Assembly (NCBI GenBank): GCA_046483495.1
Contig: JAWODC010000061.1
Location: forward strand, 1 to 55,575
Direction of reading: 5' to 3'
DNA length: 55,575 nt
Origin: Desulfobacterales bacterium
Lineage (GTDB): Bacteria; Desulfobacterota; Desulfobacteria; Desulfobacterales; UBA5616
Below are positions 1 through 9,727 of the stretch, piece after piece. Made by a program: the position numbers and the translations under genes. The notes under the pieces were generated by a model. It was given only the letters and a program-made list of their open reading frames with translations. It made no database searches and had not been told where the DNA came from. Positions within the stretch are counted from its first letter, which is position 1. Each line of letters starts with the position of its first letter.

Positions 1-242
1 GCTGGAAAAACATGTTCAATCTTTATAAAGGAAGCGGACTCGGCCTGGCCCACGACCTCAACCAGGTGGGCGGCTTTCGGCCCAACAACAGGGATGAAAA
101 ATTTAAAAATGTATATTACGTGGGATCATCCACGGTTCCCGGTACGGGATTGCCAATGGCTGTCATCAGTTCACAACTTGTAACCAAAAGAATAAATCAT
201 GAGCAGAGATCTGTACACCAAAAACAACCTGCAGCTAAGTAG
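1..242 (+). CDS. crtI: phytoene desaturase, C-terminal part (5' end outside window)
   Basis: Frame is open from the window edge (WKNMFNLYKGSGLGLAH...FRP...YYVGSSTVPGTGLPMAVISS), the typical CrtI C-terminal motif; directly upstream of crtB. Confidence 0.85.
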   Translation, partial: WKNMFNLYKGSGLGLAHDLNQVGGFRPNNRDEKFKNVYYVGSSTVPGTGLPMAVISSQLVTKRINHEQRSVHQKQPAAK

Positions 243-1038
243 GTTGACCACCTTGAATTACAGCACATCCTTCTCTCTCGGGGTAAGGATGCTCAACAGG
301 AAAATACGCAACCCGATTTTCGCCATCTATGGTTATGTTCGCTATGCCGATGAGATTGTGGATACTTTTTTCGGCTATCCCCAGGAGGACATGCTGGAAG
401 AATTCATCCATGAAACTTACAAGGCCATAGAAAGGGGAATCAGCACCAATCCGATACTGGACAGTTTCCAGACCATTGTCAACCAATATGGAATAGAACG
501 GGAGCATATCGACGCTTTTCTGGAAAGTATGCGGATGGATCTTTATAACCACAACTACGAAAAATCCAAAGTACAAGATTATATCTACGGCTCTGCTGAG
601 GTAGTTGGACTTATGTGTCTAAGGGTCTTTTATTATGATGACGATGAGCAATATGAGTCATTGAAATACTATGCCCGTAAGCTGGGAGAAGCCTTTCAGA
701 AGGTAAACTTTTTGCGGGACATTCAAAGCGACTATTCTGACAGAGAAAGGATCTACTTCTCCGACATCAGTAACAACGGATTCTCCATTGAAGTAAAAGA
801 AAGGATTGAACGGGAGATCCAGCATGATTTTGAGGAAGCCTACAAGGGCATCAAAATACTCAATAAAAGAGCGCGCTTTGGAGTATATCTGGCTTATATA
901 TATTATCAAGGGCTATTCCGTAAAATACGAAAATCGGAACCCAACGTGCTAATGAACGGAAGGGTCAGAATTCAAAACACCCGTAAGATATATCTGCTGT
1001 TTCAGGCATATTTACGCAATTCAATGAACCTCTTTTAA
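199..1038 (+). CDS. crtB: phytoene/squalene synthase
   Basis: YSTSFS, YVRYADEIVD, YIYGSAEVVGLMCL and FQKVNFLRD motifs; Bacteroidota-like sequence. Confidence 0.93.
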   Translation: MSRDLYTKNNLQLSRLTTLNYSTSFSLGVRMLNRKIRNPIFAIYGYVRYADEIVDTFFGYPQEDMLEEFIHETYKAIERGISTNPILDSFQTIVNQYGIEREHIDAFLESMRMDLYNHNYEKSKVQDYIYGSAEVVGLMCLRVFYYDDDEQYESLKYYARKLGEAFQKVNFLRDIQSDYSDRERIYFSDISNNGFSIEVKERIEREIQHDFEEAYKGIKILNKRARFGVYLAYIYYQGLFRKIRKSEPNVLMNGRVRIQNTRKIYLLFQAYLRNSMNLF

Positions 1039-1043
1039 ATATA

Positions 1044-1760
1044 ATGGAATATACCAATTTCACATACCTGTTCTTATTGCTGATTACAATAGCATACCCC
1101 CTGGCAAAAAGCTTTGAAAGCAGACTTCAAATATATAAAAAACTGAAATACATCATCCCGGCCATCATCATCACAGCAATTCCTTTTCTAATATGGGACA
1201 TCATTTTTGAAAACCACCATATCTGGTCATTCAGCCCCGTTCATACCATTGGAGTCAACATTCTCGGCTTGCCTCTTGAAGAGTGGTTGTTCTTCTTCAT
1301 CATACCCTATGCCTGTTTTTTTATTTATGAAACGGTGATATACTTCACAGGAAGGGCCACATTCCGCTATATACGCCAGACGACCTTCTTCCTGGCCTTA
1401 GTTTTGTTCCTTGCAGGGCTTTTGACCGTCCATCTAAGTTATACTTTCGTCAGTTTCATACTGGCTTCCATCATATTGTTCATGATTGCCAACAAAAAGC
1501 ATATTGCAGTTCACCTGAGCAATTTTTTCAAGGGATATCTGGTATCATTGATTCCATTTTTTATTATCAACGGAGTTTTAACAAAATTACCGTTAGTATT
1601 GTACAATAATGAAGAAAATCTTAGTTTAAGAATTTACAGCATACCTGTTGAAGATGCGGTATATTTGTTAAGTTTGCTGTTTATAAATTTTTCTCTGTAC
1701 GAAATTTTCAAACAATATGACCGGAAAAGGCAAGCTCAGGCTCAAGACGGAAATAGATAA
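1044..1760 (+). CDS. membrane-type lycopene cyclase domain protein (CrtYcd-like)
   Basis: Hydrophobic, with two repeats carrying PFLIWD...LPLEEWLFF and IPVED motifs; follows crtB. Confidence 0.85.
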   Translation: MEYTNFTYLFLLLITIAYPLAKSFESRLQIYKKLKYIIPAIIITAIPFLIWDIIFENHHIWSFSPVHTIGVNILGLPLEEWLFFFIIPYACFFIYETVIYFTGRATFRYIRQTTFFLALVLFLAGLLTVHLSYTFVSFILASIILFMIANKKHIAVHLSNFFKGYLVSLIPFFIINGVLTKLPLVLYNNEENLSLRIYSIPVEDAVYLLSLLFINFSLYEIFKQYDRKRQAQAQDGNR

Positions 1761-2049
1761 CCGATCGGGGTTTTGCTTTGGGGTTGTCAAAGCGATACAA
1801 AAGGCGGAAGAGCTTCTCGATCAGGGTGAAGAAGTGTATTGTGTGGGACAGATCGTGCACAACGAAGAGGAGGTGAACCGGCTGAAGAAGAAGGGACTGA
1901 TTACCATCAACCATGAGGATCTGCCAAAGTTTAAAAATAAAAACATCCTGTTCAGGGCTCATGGAGAGCCTCCCGAAAGTTACAGCAAAGCCAGGGAAAA
2001 TGACAACCGGGTCGTTGATGCTTCCTGTCCGATCATTCTGAAACTCCAG
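1717..2049 (+). pseudogene. ispH: IspH (HMBPP reductase), N-terminal 111 aa only, truncated at junction
   Basis: SGFCFGV, GQIVHN, FRAHG and DASCP motifs; IspH likeness ends at KLQ (2047-2049), after which the frame reads antisense tex. Confidence 0.88.
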
Positions 2050-2052
2050 CTG
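2047..2052. other. junction between Bacteroidota-like and Desulfobacterota-like DNA (CAG|CTG)
   Basis: ispH (+) and tex (-) both break off here, converging; base composition visibly changes. Confidence 0.85.
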
Positions 2053-3441
2053 ATCGACATCATGCTGATACTGACCGACACCGATGGATTTGGGATCGAT
2101 CTTTACAAGCTCGGCGAGAGGATCCATTAACCTTCTGCCGATGGATACGGCCCCTCTCACCGTCAGATCCAAATCGGGAAACTCTTCCCGTGCGGTCTCC
2201 GAAGCCGAATAAATCGAAGCCCCGCTCTCGTTTACCATGATAATTACAATCGAATCGGGCAGGTCGATGCTGCGGATAAACGCTTCGGTTTCCCGTCCGG
2301 CGGTTCCGTTTCCTACGGCAACGGCCTCGATTCCGTATTTTTCGCACAGTGTTTTTACCGCGGATTCAGCCTGGCGCGCACCTTTTTCGCCGATGTGGGG
2401 GTGAATCGTTTCATGGTGAAGCAGCTTACCCTGACGGTCCAGGCAAACGACTTTGCATCCCGTACGAAACCCCGGATCGATACCCATTACCCGTTTTGCT
2501 CCAAGCGGAGAGGCAAGAAGCAGTTCGCGGAGATTCTCGGCAAAAACACGGATGGCCTCTTCATCCGCTTTATTCTTGGCGGCCATTCGGATTTCCGTCT
2601 CCATGGAGCGGGACAGCAGCCGTTTATAAGCGTCGTTTGCGGACTGTTTCACCTGCTCGGAATCCGGACCTTCTCCGGTGACGGTAATGTTCTCGATCAA
2701 ATTGACGGCCTCTTCTTCCGAAGGTGCAATGGTCAGGTTGAGTATGTCTTCCTTCTCGCCCCTGCGCATGGCCAGCAGCCGATGAGAAGGGACGGTGGCG
2801 GCGGGTTCTTTCCACTCGAAATAGTCTTTGAATTTGGCTCCTTCGTCCTCTTTGCCGGTCGCCAATCGGCACTCTATCAGGGCTTTTTCGGCAAACAACC
2901 GCCGTAAAGCCGCGCGGATTTCACCGTCTTCGTTTATTGTTTCGGCGATGATGTCCCTTGCCCCGGAGAGGGCGTCGTCAATCGAGGTCACCCCTTTTTC
3001 CGGATCGATGTATTCGCGAGCCGATTCATGCGGAACAATGCCGGACTGAGATAAGATCGCCAGTGCCAAAGGCTCGAGCCCTTTTTCCCGTGCCGCCATA
3101 CCTCTGGTTCGCCGCTTGGGCTTATACGGCAGATAGATATCTTCGAGAATGGCCATCGTGGGTGCATTCAAAACCTGTCCGTTCAGTTCATCGGTAAGAT
3201 GACCGTGCTGTTCGAGTGACTTTATGACGGCTTCTTTTCGGGCATCTAAATCGGCCAGTTGCATCATGCGGTCTCGAACATGCATGATCACGGTTTCATC
3301 CAGGCTGCCGGTGGATTCTTTTCGGTATCGGGCGATAAAGGGCACAGTGGCACCTGATTCAAGCAATCCTGCGACAGCCTTGATTTGGTTTTCAGGCAAA
3401 TTCAATTCTTGTGCAATCTTGGCGACGTGCGAATCGTTCAT
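2050..3441 (-). pseudogene. tex: Tex RNA-binding transcriptional accessory protein, 3'-truncated after about 464 aa
   Basis: TVPFIARYRKE, GIDPGFRTGCK, VNESGASIYSAS and DPKSIGVGQYQHDVDQ motifs; C-terminal HhH/S1 region absent; the rest of ORF 1708-2049 is antisense ispH. Confidence 0.9.
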
Positions 3442-3537
3442 GGTTTCCTTTCAGATCATTTAAAATCGGCAATAACAGATTTATTCCTGAAATTGAGTTA
3501 AAGCATTCGAACCGGTATTGGAATAGAAGCCTGGTGA

Positions 3538-4707
3538 TTAAAAAGCCTTGAGCATCATGGGAAGGGCAACAAACGTGCCCAGGGAACTTCCCACATTTGT
3601 AAACACCACGACCAGTAAAATTTTGGTGATTTTGTTTCTCCAGAATCCTTTCATGGACAGAATATCGCCGGAGAGGTCTTCAAAATCCTTGACCTGGGGC
3701 TTTCGGGTGAACGCCTCCACGAGACCGGCCAACCATCCCGCAGCGATCATGGGATTCAAAGAGGTCAGGGGAGCGGCAATAATAGACGAAAAAATCGTCA
3801 GGGGGTGCGCCAATGCCGCGAGAGCGCCGATTCCCGCCAGTGCGCCGTTTGCCGCAAACCACCACATGAGCATATCGGTTCCCGCCTTTGCGCCGCCGAG
3901 AAAGAATCCCGTTACAATCAGCGCGGCAATGCAAACGGGCAGAAGCCATTTGACAAATGCCGTCCATCGTCTTCCGGGAGGCAGGATTTCAAGCGGGCGG
4001 ATATCCTCGACCACCCCCCAATTTTCCTTAATGCCGGGAACATGTCCTGCGCCTACCACGGCGACGATTTTCCGACCGGGCGCATTTTTTATCCGATAGG
4101 CGAGGTAGGCATCACGTTCGTCGATGAGAATCCGCCTGACCTCGGGAAGGGCCTTCCCCACCTCGGACAAAATGGTTTCGAGCACATCCTCCTGCTTCAT
4201 TTTTTCGATGTCCTCCTCTTTGATATCTTCGATATTGCCGAAGGAGAGGAGCATGTGAAAGAGAATTTTGATTTTCGACCACACGCCCATGCTTCGCCAT
4301 GCTCTTGCCAGAGTAATGCGGATATCCCGGTCCGCCGGATAAATGTCTGCACCGACGGATTCTCCGGTTTCGATGGCGCGGATCATTTCTTCACCCGGAT
4401 GAATATCCAATTTGGCGGCAATCCGTTTTTGAAAAGATGCCATGATCAGATTGGAAAGCAGCAGAAATGCTTTTTTTTCCTTGATTACCTCGACGATATT
4501 GGTTTCCCGCCATTTATCTTTTTGCCGGATGGATTGATACCGGCTTTCGCACAATTCAACACATACGGTGTCGGGTTTTTCCGAAACGATAATTTCAGCA
4601 GCCTGCTCGGCACTCTCGCGGGACACATGGGCCGTACCCAGCAGGACGATTTCTTTATCATCCGCACGCAATCGATGGACCATCTTGGTGTTGCCTAAGT
4701 TCGTCAT
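3538..4707 (-). CDS. TraB/PrgY (pheromone shutdown-like) family protein with C-terminal membrane region
   Basis: LLGTAHVS, VCVELC, LIDERD and VAVVGAGHVPG motifs; hydrophobic C-terminus. Confidence 0.9.
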   Translation of the reverse strand: MTNLGNTKMVHRLRADDKEIVLLGTAHVSRESAEQAAEIIVSEKPDTVCVELCESRYQSIRQKDKWRETNIVEVIKEKKAFLLLSNLIMASFQKRIAAKLDIHPGEEMIRAIETGESVGADIYPADRDIRITLARAWRSMGVWSKIKILFHMLLSFGNIEDIKEEDIEKMKQEDVLETILSEVGKALPEVRRILIDERDAYLAYRIKNAPGRKIVAVVGAGHVPGIKENWGVVEDIRPLEILPPGRRWTAFVKWLLPVCIAALIVTGFFLGGAKAGTDMLMWWFAANGALAGIGALAALAHPLTIFSSIIAAPLTSLNPMIAAGWLAGLVEAFTRKPQVKDFEDLSGDILSMKGFWRNKITKILLVVVFTNVGSSLGTFVALPMMLKAF

Positions 4708-4928
4708 AAGCGATATAAAAACCCTTTTAAGTGGAATAGTTGTCCGGCATCAAAATCGTGCAGACCTTTTCTTTTGCGATCCATTGCCGGAGCAGCAACA
4801 GTATTGATATGCATGACATAAAAAAGCAAGTGATATAGTCCGGAAATGAGAAAATTCGCTTCAGTAAAGGCGGTGAAACATGTTAACCGCAGAAATACCC
4901 TGATAAATTATAGGCTTAAACTTTTCAC

Positions 4929-4944
4929 CGGCACAGAAATGGCA
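4929..4944 (+). promoter_or_regulatory. candidate sigma-54 (-24/-12) promoter
   Basis: CGGCAC-AGAAA-TGGCA fits TGGCAC-N5-TTGC spacing with the conserved GG and GC; upstream of the NorQ-like gene. Confidence 0.35.
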
Positions 4945-4974
4945 TGATCAGCCGTTTCCGGATGGGCAATCATT

Positions 4975-5850
4975 ATGCGAATTGAAAAGCCATTGCAACA
5001 TGAAATGCATGTGAAATGGCCGGAGGATAATAATTTGAAAAATCTCAGCCATAGCGGTTTATCGGATTACATGATCGCCCGAAAGCCGTATTATCTTGCT
5101 TCGGGAAACGAAATCGACCTTTTTGAGGCCGCCTGTGACGCCAAAATTCCGGTGATGCTCAAGGGGCCGACCGGATGCGGCAAAACCCGGTTTGTAGAAT
5201 ACATGGCGCATCGCCTGAATCGGCCATTGATTACCGTTTCGTGTCATGAGGACCTCTTCGCCTCGGATTTGATCGGCCGCTATCTGCTCAAGCACGACCA
5301 GACCGTATGGGTGGACGGACCTCTGGCATTGTCCGTAAAACACGGAGCGATATGTTATCTGGATGAAGTGGTGGAGGCCCGAAAAGACACCACGGTGGTC
5401 ATTCACCCGTTGACCGACAATCGACGGACCCTGAATGTCGATAAAAAAGGCGAGGTCGTACCGGCCCATCCCGATTTTATGATGGTGATTTCCTATAATC
5501 CCGGATATCAATCGGTGCTCAAGGATTTGAAGCAGAGCACCCGTCAACGATTCATGGCAATTGAATTCGATTACCCGGACGAGCCGAAGGAAACCGAAAT
5601 CGTCGTTTCAGAAGGCGGAATCGATGCCGCTGTTGCCAAACGGCTGGTGATGCTGGGCCGCAAAATTCGAAACATTCGAGAGCATGGGTTGACCGAGGGC
5701 GCAGGCACCCGTCTTTTGATTTACGCGGCTCAGTTGATATCGCGGGGGGTGTCTTACAAAGACGCCTGCCGGACGGCCATTTGCCTGCCGTTGACCGACG
5801 ATGAGCGGCTGCAGGAAACGCTGGCCGACCTCGTCGAGGACATTTTTTAG
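4975..5850 (+). CDS. CbbQ/NirQ/NorQ-family MoxR AAA+ ATPase (true start may be later, e.g. 5071)
   Basis: KPYY, Walker A GPTGCGKT, Walker [29 protein letters not shown] and KQSTRQRF. Confidence 0.93.
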   Translation: MRIEKPLQHEMHVKWPEDNNLKNLSHSGLSDYMIARKPYYLASGNEIDLFEAACDAKIPVMLKGPTGCGKTRFVEYMAHRLNRPLITVSCHEDLFASDLIGRYLLKHDQTVWVDGPLALSVKHGAICYLDEVVEARKDTTVVIHPLTDNRRTLNVDKKGEVVPAHPDFMMVISYNPGYQSVLKDLKQSTRQRFMAIEFDYPDEPKETEIVVSEGGIDAAVAKRLVMLGRKIRNIREHGLTEGAGTRLLIYAAQLISRGVSYKDACRTAICLPLTDDERLQETLADLVEDIF

Positions 5851-5853
5851 AAA

Positions 5854-8574
5854 ATGCCGCACAACCTGCTCAGAGACTTGCATACGGCGGATCCGGAGCT
5901 TGCGGGCCGGATAACCGCTGAATTGGGACCCGACGACATTCCCGGGTTGGTGCCGTATATTCAGGAAATGGTCGATGCGGTGATATGGGCACTGTCACTT
6001 GAAACCGCCTTCGGCCGGACCTTGGGGTTAGGGTGCGTCGAACTGGCCAAAGCCCGTAATGCCCGCCGGGTTCCCCGATACGTCCGGCTTATCCGCGAGT
6101 TCGGTGCCGTCGGCCCGACACTCGGTACAATCATGGCTGAAACGCTCGTTCCCGTTTTGAAATTGGATGATGCCGGAATCGAAAAGCGGTTTCTTCACAC
6201 CGCTGCGGTCATGCTGAAAAAAGGAACCTATACCCTGTACAACCCGTTCAAGGCCCTTGCCGATCTGTGCTCGGAAAACGATAAGGCGGGCATTTCGGCT
6301 TATCTACATGTGTTGTCCTGCACCTTTTCGCTGGATATGACCTACAAGCAATGCCGCCCGTTTACCTATATGCTTCCGAAAGCGGTAATGGCATTTTCTC
6401 CTGGTAAAAGGCCCTTTCAGGTCGAACAGCTTTGCCGGGTCATACGGGCGGATTTTGGACTGGCCGAGGCTTTTCTGGAAGGTATGGAAAAAGGCCTGCG
6501 GCTTCTGAGCCGGGATGCTTTGGATGATTTTGTAACAATAGCTTTGGCAAAACATGACAGGAACAGAAATTTATGTGCCAAATACTTGTCGCTTACTTCC
6601 AGTACGGCACTGAACTCGTTTGAATCGATGCAGGTGACGGTTTCGCTGTCCCGGGTTCGTTATTTTATAATGCAGTATATCGGCGCCCGAACAGGGCGCC
6701 ATCTTCCCGTGAAAGGGATGAAGAAAGCCTGCGGGAAGGGCGTTCGGGAGGCATTTTCCTTTTCCGACGGGTCTGCGATATGGCTTCCCGAGGAGATCGG
6801 TTTGTTCGCCGAAAAGCAGCGGAATTTGGATTTGTATAAGCATCTGGCAAAGCTTGAAGCAGGTTTTTTCGAATTCGGCACCTTCGATTTCGATCTGGAA
6901 AAGCTGATGAAACGGCTGCCCTGCCGGCCGGATATTGCGGCTCATTCCGCAGCTTCAGAGCTGGCGCAGTTCCTTCACCATTTCCCAAATCCGGACCTGG
7001 CAAAACATCTGTTCACCGTTTTCGAGCACGGCCGCATCAAGGATCTGACCGCTATCCGTTACCCGGGCATCATTCGGCGTGTATTGCCCGAATTGCAGGC
7101 CGAGGCCGCCCGTATGCTCGATGGGAGTCAGCCCTTCGGTCTTCTGCAGGTGCTTTACCATCACATTGCCCTGGGCATGGATCATATCGGGGGTGCGGAA
7201 ATCGGCGGTGCCGCGGACGATAAGGTCCGTGAAATCAAGCATCTCTACCGCTGGAAAACCGCCCGGGATCCTGTCGTGGAGACAGCCGCCGAAATGGTTT
7301 TTTTGACCTATCCGATTCTCGAACGCCGGATCGTCCGGTGTAAGAACGCGGGCATGCTCAGGACACCGTTTAACCGCGAAATCGATCCGGACCTGTACTT
7401 TTCATCACTTTCGGGTCCGGACCGGATTGCCGGTTCGATAAAGGATAAACTTGCGGATAAAGGCATTCATGTTTACCGTTCCGATCTTCGAAAACGCCTG
7501 GTTGAAAACAACGGTGAAATTACTCCGGCAGATATCAGGGAGATCGCCATCAGTCCGGCGGATAGCAATACGGACACCGGTCCTGCGCTCTTGCGGAATT
7601 CGGATCTTTCGAATGTGACGGTGACAGGGCTTTTGGCCGAAGCAGGTATGTGCGTTTGCCCCGAACCGGAGGCCTTTGAAAATGCCCGTTTTTACAAGGA
7701 GTGGGACAATCGGCTGGGGGATTACCTGCACCATCATACCCGTGTGAGAGACCGAATGATCCCAGGAATAGACGGCAATTTTTACCAAAATACATTGGAC
7801 CGTCACCATGGTCTGATTAAACGCATTCGATACGCCTTTGAATTGCTTAAACCGGAGGGGCTATCGATATTAAGGCAATGGGTGGAAGGCGACGAATTCG
7901 ATTACCGGGCGCTTCTCGACTTTGCCGTGGACAAGAAAGCGGGTGTCATGCCCTCTGATAAACTATACATCAAGCGGACCAAACAGCAGCGGGATGTCGC
8001 CGTTCTCCTGCTGGTGGATCTTTCCCGATCCACGGCAAATACCGTGGTGGACTCGGTGGAAACGGTTCTGGATGTGGAAAAACAGGCCATCATCCTTTTC
8101 TGTGAAGCCCTCGAGGTCGTGGGGGACCGGTATGCGGTGGCCGGCTTTTCCGGGACCGGCCGCCTCGGTGTGGACTATTTTCACATCAAAGATTTTGACG
8201 AAGATCTTGACGAGAATATCCGGAAACGGATCAATGCAATGGCCCCCCAGCGCAGCACCCGCATGGGGGCTGCTGTTCGGCATGCGACGGTTCAGCTCGA
8301 TGCGGTATCAGCGGGTGTGAAACTGCTGATCATCATCGGTGACGGTTTCCCCAATGATGTGGACTACAAAAAGGATTACGCACTTGAGGATACCCGAAAG
8401 GCTGTTTCCGAGGCGCGATCGAAGAATATTTACACCCACGGACTCACTGTCAATCTGCCCGGAGACCCGAATCTGGATCAGCTGTATGGAAACGTTCATC
8501 ATCATGTGATCTCAGACGTCCGTGAGCTCCCCGATAAGCTGCCCCGGATTTACAGTACGTTGACACGGTCATGA
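5854..8574 (+). CDS. NorD/CbbO-like VWA-domain adaptor protein with long N-terminal region
   Basis: YKEWD motif, MIDAS-like LLVDLSRST, STRMGAAVRHA and IIGDGFPND; 3 bp after the NorQ-like gene. Confidence 0.88.
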   Translation: MPHNLLRDLHTADPELAGRITAELGPDDIPGLVPYIQEMVDAVIWALSLETAFGRTLGLGCVELAKARNARRVPRYVRLIREFGAVGPTLGTIMAETLVPVLKLDDAGIEKRFLHTAAVMLKKGTYTLYNPFKALADLCSENDKAGISAYLHVLSCTFSLDMTYKQCRPFTYMLPKAVMAFSPGKRPFQVEQLCRVIRADFGLAEAFLEGMEKGLRLLSRDALDDFVTIALAKHDRNRNLCAKYLSLTSSTALNSFESMQVTVSLSRVRYFIMQYIGARTGRHLPVKGMKKACGKGVREAFSFSDGSAIWLPEEIGLFAEKQRNLDLYKHLAKLEAGFFEFGTFDFDLEKLMKRLPCRPDIAAHSAASELAQFLHHFPNPDLAKHLFTVFEHGRIKDLTAIRYPGIIRRVLPELQAEAARMLDGSQPFGLLQVLYHHIALGMDHIGGAEIGGAADDKVREIKHLYRWKTARDPVVETAAEMVFLTYPILERRIVRCKNAGMLRTPFNREIDPDLYFSSLSGPDRIAGSIKDKLADKGIHVYRSDLRKRLVENNGEITPADIREIAISPADSNTDTGPALLRNSDLSNVTVTGLLAEAGMCVCPEPEAFENARFYKEWDNRLGDYLHHHTRVRDRMIPGIDGNFYQNTLDRHHGLIKRIRYAFELLKPEGLSILRQWVEGDEFDYRALLDFAVDKKAGVMPSDKLYIKRTKQQRDVAVLLLVDLSRSTANTVVDSVETVLDVEKQAIILFCEALEVVGDRYAVAGFSGTGRLGVDYFHIKDFDEDLDENIRKRINAMAPQRSTRMGAAVRHATVQLDAVSAGVKLLIIIGDGFPNDVDYKKDYALEDTRKAVSEARSKNIYTHGLTVNLPGDPNLDQLYGNVHHHVISDVRELPDKLPRIYSTLTRS

Positions 8575-8684
8575 ATCCGCCGGTCTTCCCTGTCGGGGGC
8601 TGGTTTAAACTTGATTTTATGCGCTGAGTCTGGTAGCAATTTATTTTTCCATCAAAAGTTGGAGACGCGGGTGCTGTAAACCAT

Positions 8685-8710
8685 ATGACTTATCCGGATG
8701 ACTTATCCGG
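8685..8710. repeat. perfect 13-bp tandem duplication ATGACTTATCCGG x2
   Basis: 8685-8697 and 8698-8710 are identical. Confidence 0.85.
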
Positions 8711-8734
8711 TGTCCATCTAGAAAATGGACACTA
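8710..8734. repeat. short inverted repeat matching both ends of the MITE-like element at 31964-32105
   Basis: GTGTCCATCTAGAAA-ATGGACACTA versus element ends GTGTCCATCCAGAAA...ATGGACACTA. Confidence 0.65.
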
Positions 8735-8768
8735 TCCAATCTATTAACAGGTGAAGGAGGTTCTGAAT

Positions 8769-9677
8769 ATGGCAGAAGTAAGATTTGACGGTAAAGTGGC
8801 TGTTGTAACCGGTGCAGGCGGCGGACTGGGGCGATCCCATGCACTGACGCTGGCATCCAGGGGCGCCAAAGTGGTGGTGAACGACTTGGGCGGCACCATG
8901 GACGGCACAGGAGCGGGTAGTGCCATGGCCGACAAGGTCGTCGATGAAATCAAGGCAGCAGGCGGCGAAGCCGTTGCCAATTATGACGGCGTCGATACGG
9001 TCGAAGGTGGAAAAAACATCGTAAAAACCGCTTTGGACGCTTTCGGCAAGGTCGATATCCTGATCAATAATGCCGGCATATTGAGAGACAAATCCTTTAT
9101 GAAAATGGATGAGGAAGGCTGGGACAAGGTTATCGGCGTACATCTGAAAGGGGCTTACTGCGTAACCCACGCCGCCTTTCCGGTCATGCGTGAAAATGCA
9201 TATGGCCGTATCGTCATGACCTCGTCCGCCGCGGGACTTTTCGGCAATTTCGGCCAAACCAATTACGGCGCGGCAAAAGCGGCCCTGGTAGGCTTCATGA
9301 ACGTTCTCAAGCTCGAGGGCGCCAAATACAACATCAAGGTCAACACCATCGCCCCCATTGCCGCATCCCGGATGACCGAATCCCTCATGCCGCCGGAAGT
9401 TCTGGACAAACTTAAACCCGAATTTGTCACGCCGCTGGTAGCCTATCTGTGCTCGGAAGAGTGCGCGGAAACGGGCGGCGTTTATTCAGTGGGCGGCGGT
9501 CATTTTGCCCGAATCGCATTGATGGAAGGCCCCGGATACCAGCAGTCGGTGACCTCGCCCATCACGGTTGAAGATATTCAAAACAATTTTGACAAAATAA
9601 ACAGCCTGGAAAATGCGAAATACCATGCAAACCTGTCGGAAGAGAACGCCGCCATTATGGCCAATATCATGAAATAA
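8769..9677 (+). CDS. SDR oxidoreductase, MFE-2/Fox2-like 3-hydroxyacyl-CoA dehydrogenase type
   Basis: TGAGGGLG, VVVNDLGG, NNAGILRD and GNFGQTNYGAAK; RBS GAAGGAGG at 8753-8760. Confidence 0.9.
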   Translation: MAEVRFDGKVAVVTGAGGGLGRSHALTLASRGAKVVVNDLGGTMDGTGAGSAMADKVVDEIKAAGGEAVANYDGVDTVEGGKNIVKTALDAFGKVDILINNAGILRDKSFMKMDEEGWDKVIGVHLKGAYCVTHAAFPVMRENAYGRIVMTSSAAGLFGNFGQTNYGAAKAALVGFMNVLKLEGAKYNIKVNTIAPIAASRMTESLMPPEVLDKLKPEFVTPLVAYLCSEECAETGGVYSVGGGHFARIALMEGPGYQQSVTSPITVEDIQNNFDKINSLENAKYHANLSEENAAIMANIMK

Positions 9678-9694
9678 TTTACCGAAAACGCGTG

Positions 9695-9727
9695 AAAAGG
9701 CGTCTGCTTATTCGGGCGCCTTTTTCT
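9695..9727 (+). terminator. intrinsic terminator-like hairpin after SDR
   Basis: AAAAGGCGTCTG-CTTATT-CGGGCGCCTTTTT. Confidence 0.6.

Noticed and set aside
1708..2049. Apparent novel C-terminal domain of the 577-aa Tex ORF
   Set aside because: It is the antisense reading of ispH beyond the junction.
2050..2130. C-terminal tail of the 137-aa IspH ORF
   Set aside because: It is the antisense reading of tex.
8718..9257. 179-aa minus-strand ORF (and similar long antisense ORFs over TraB, pheA, the kinases, ECH, ADH and fhs)
   Set aside because: Shadow frames of well-supported genes; no motifs or RBS.
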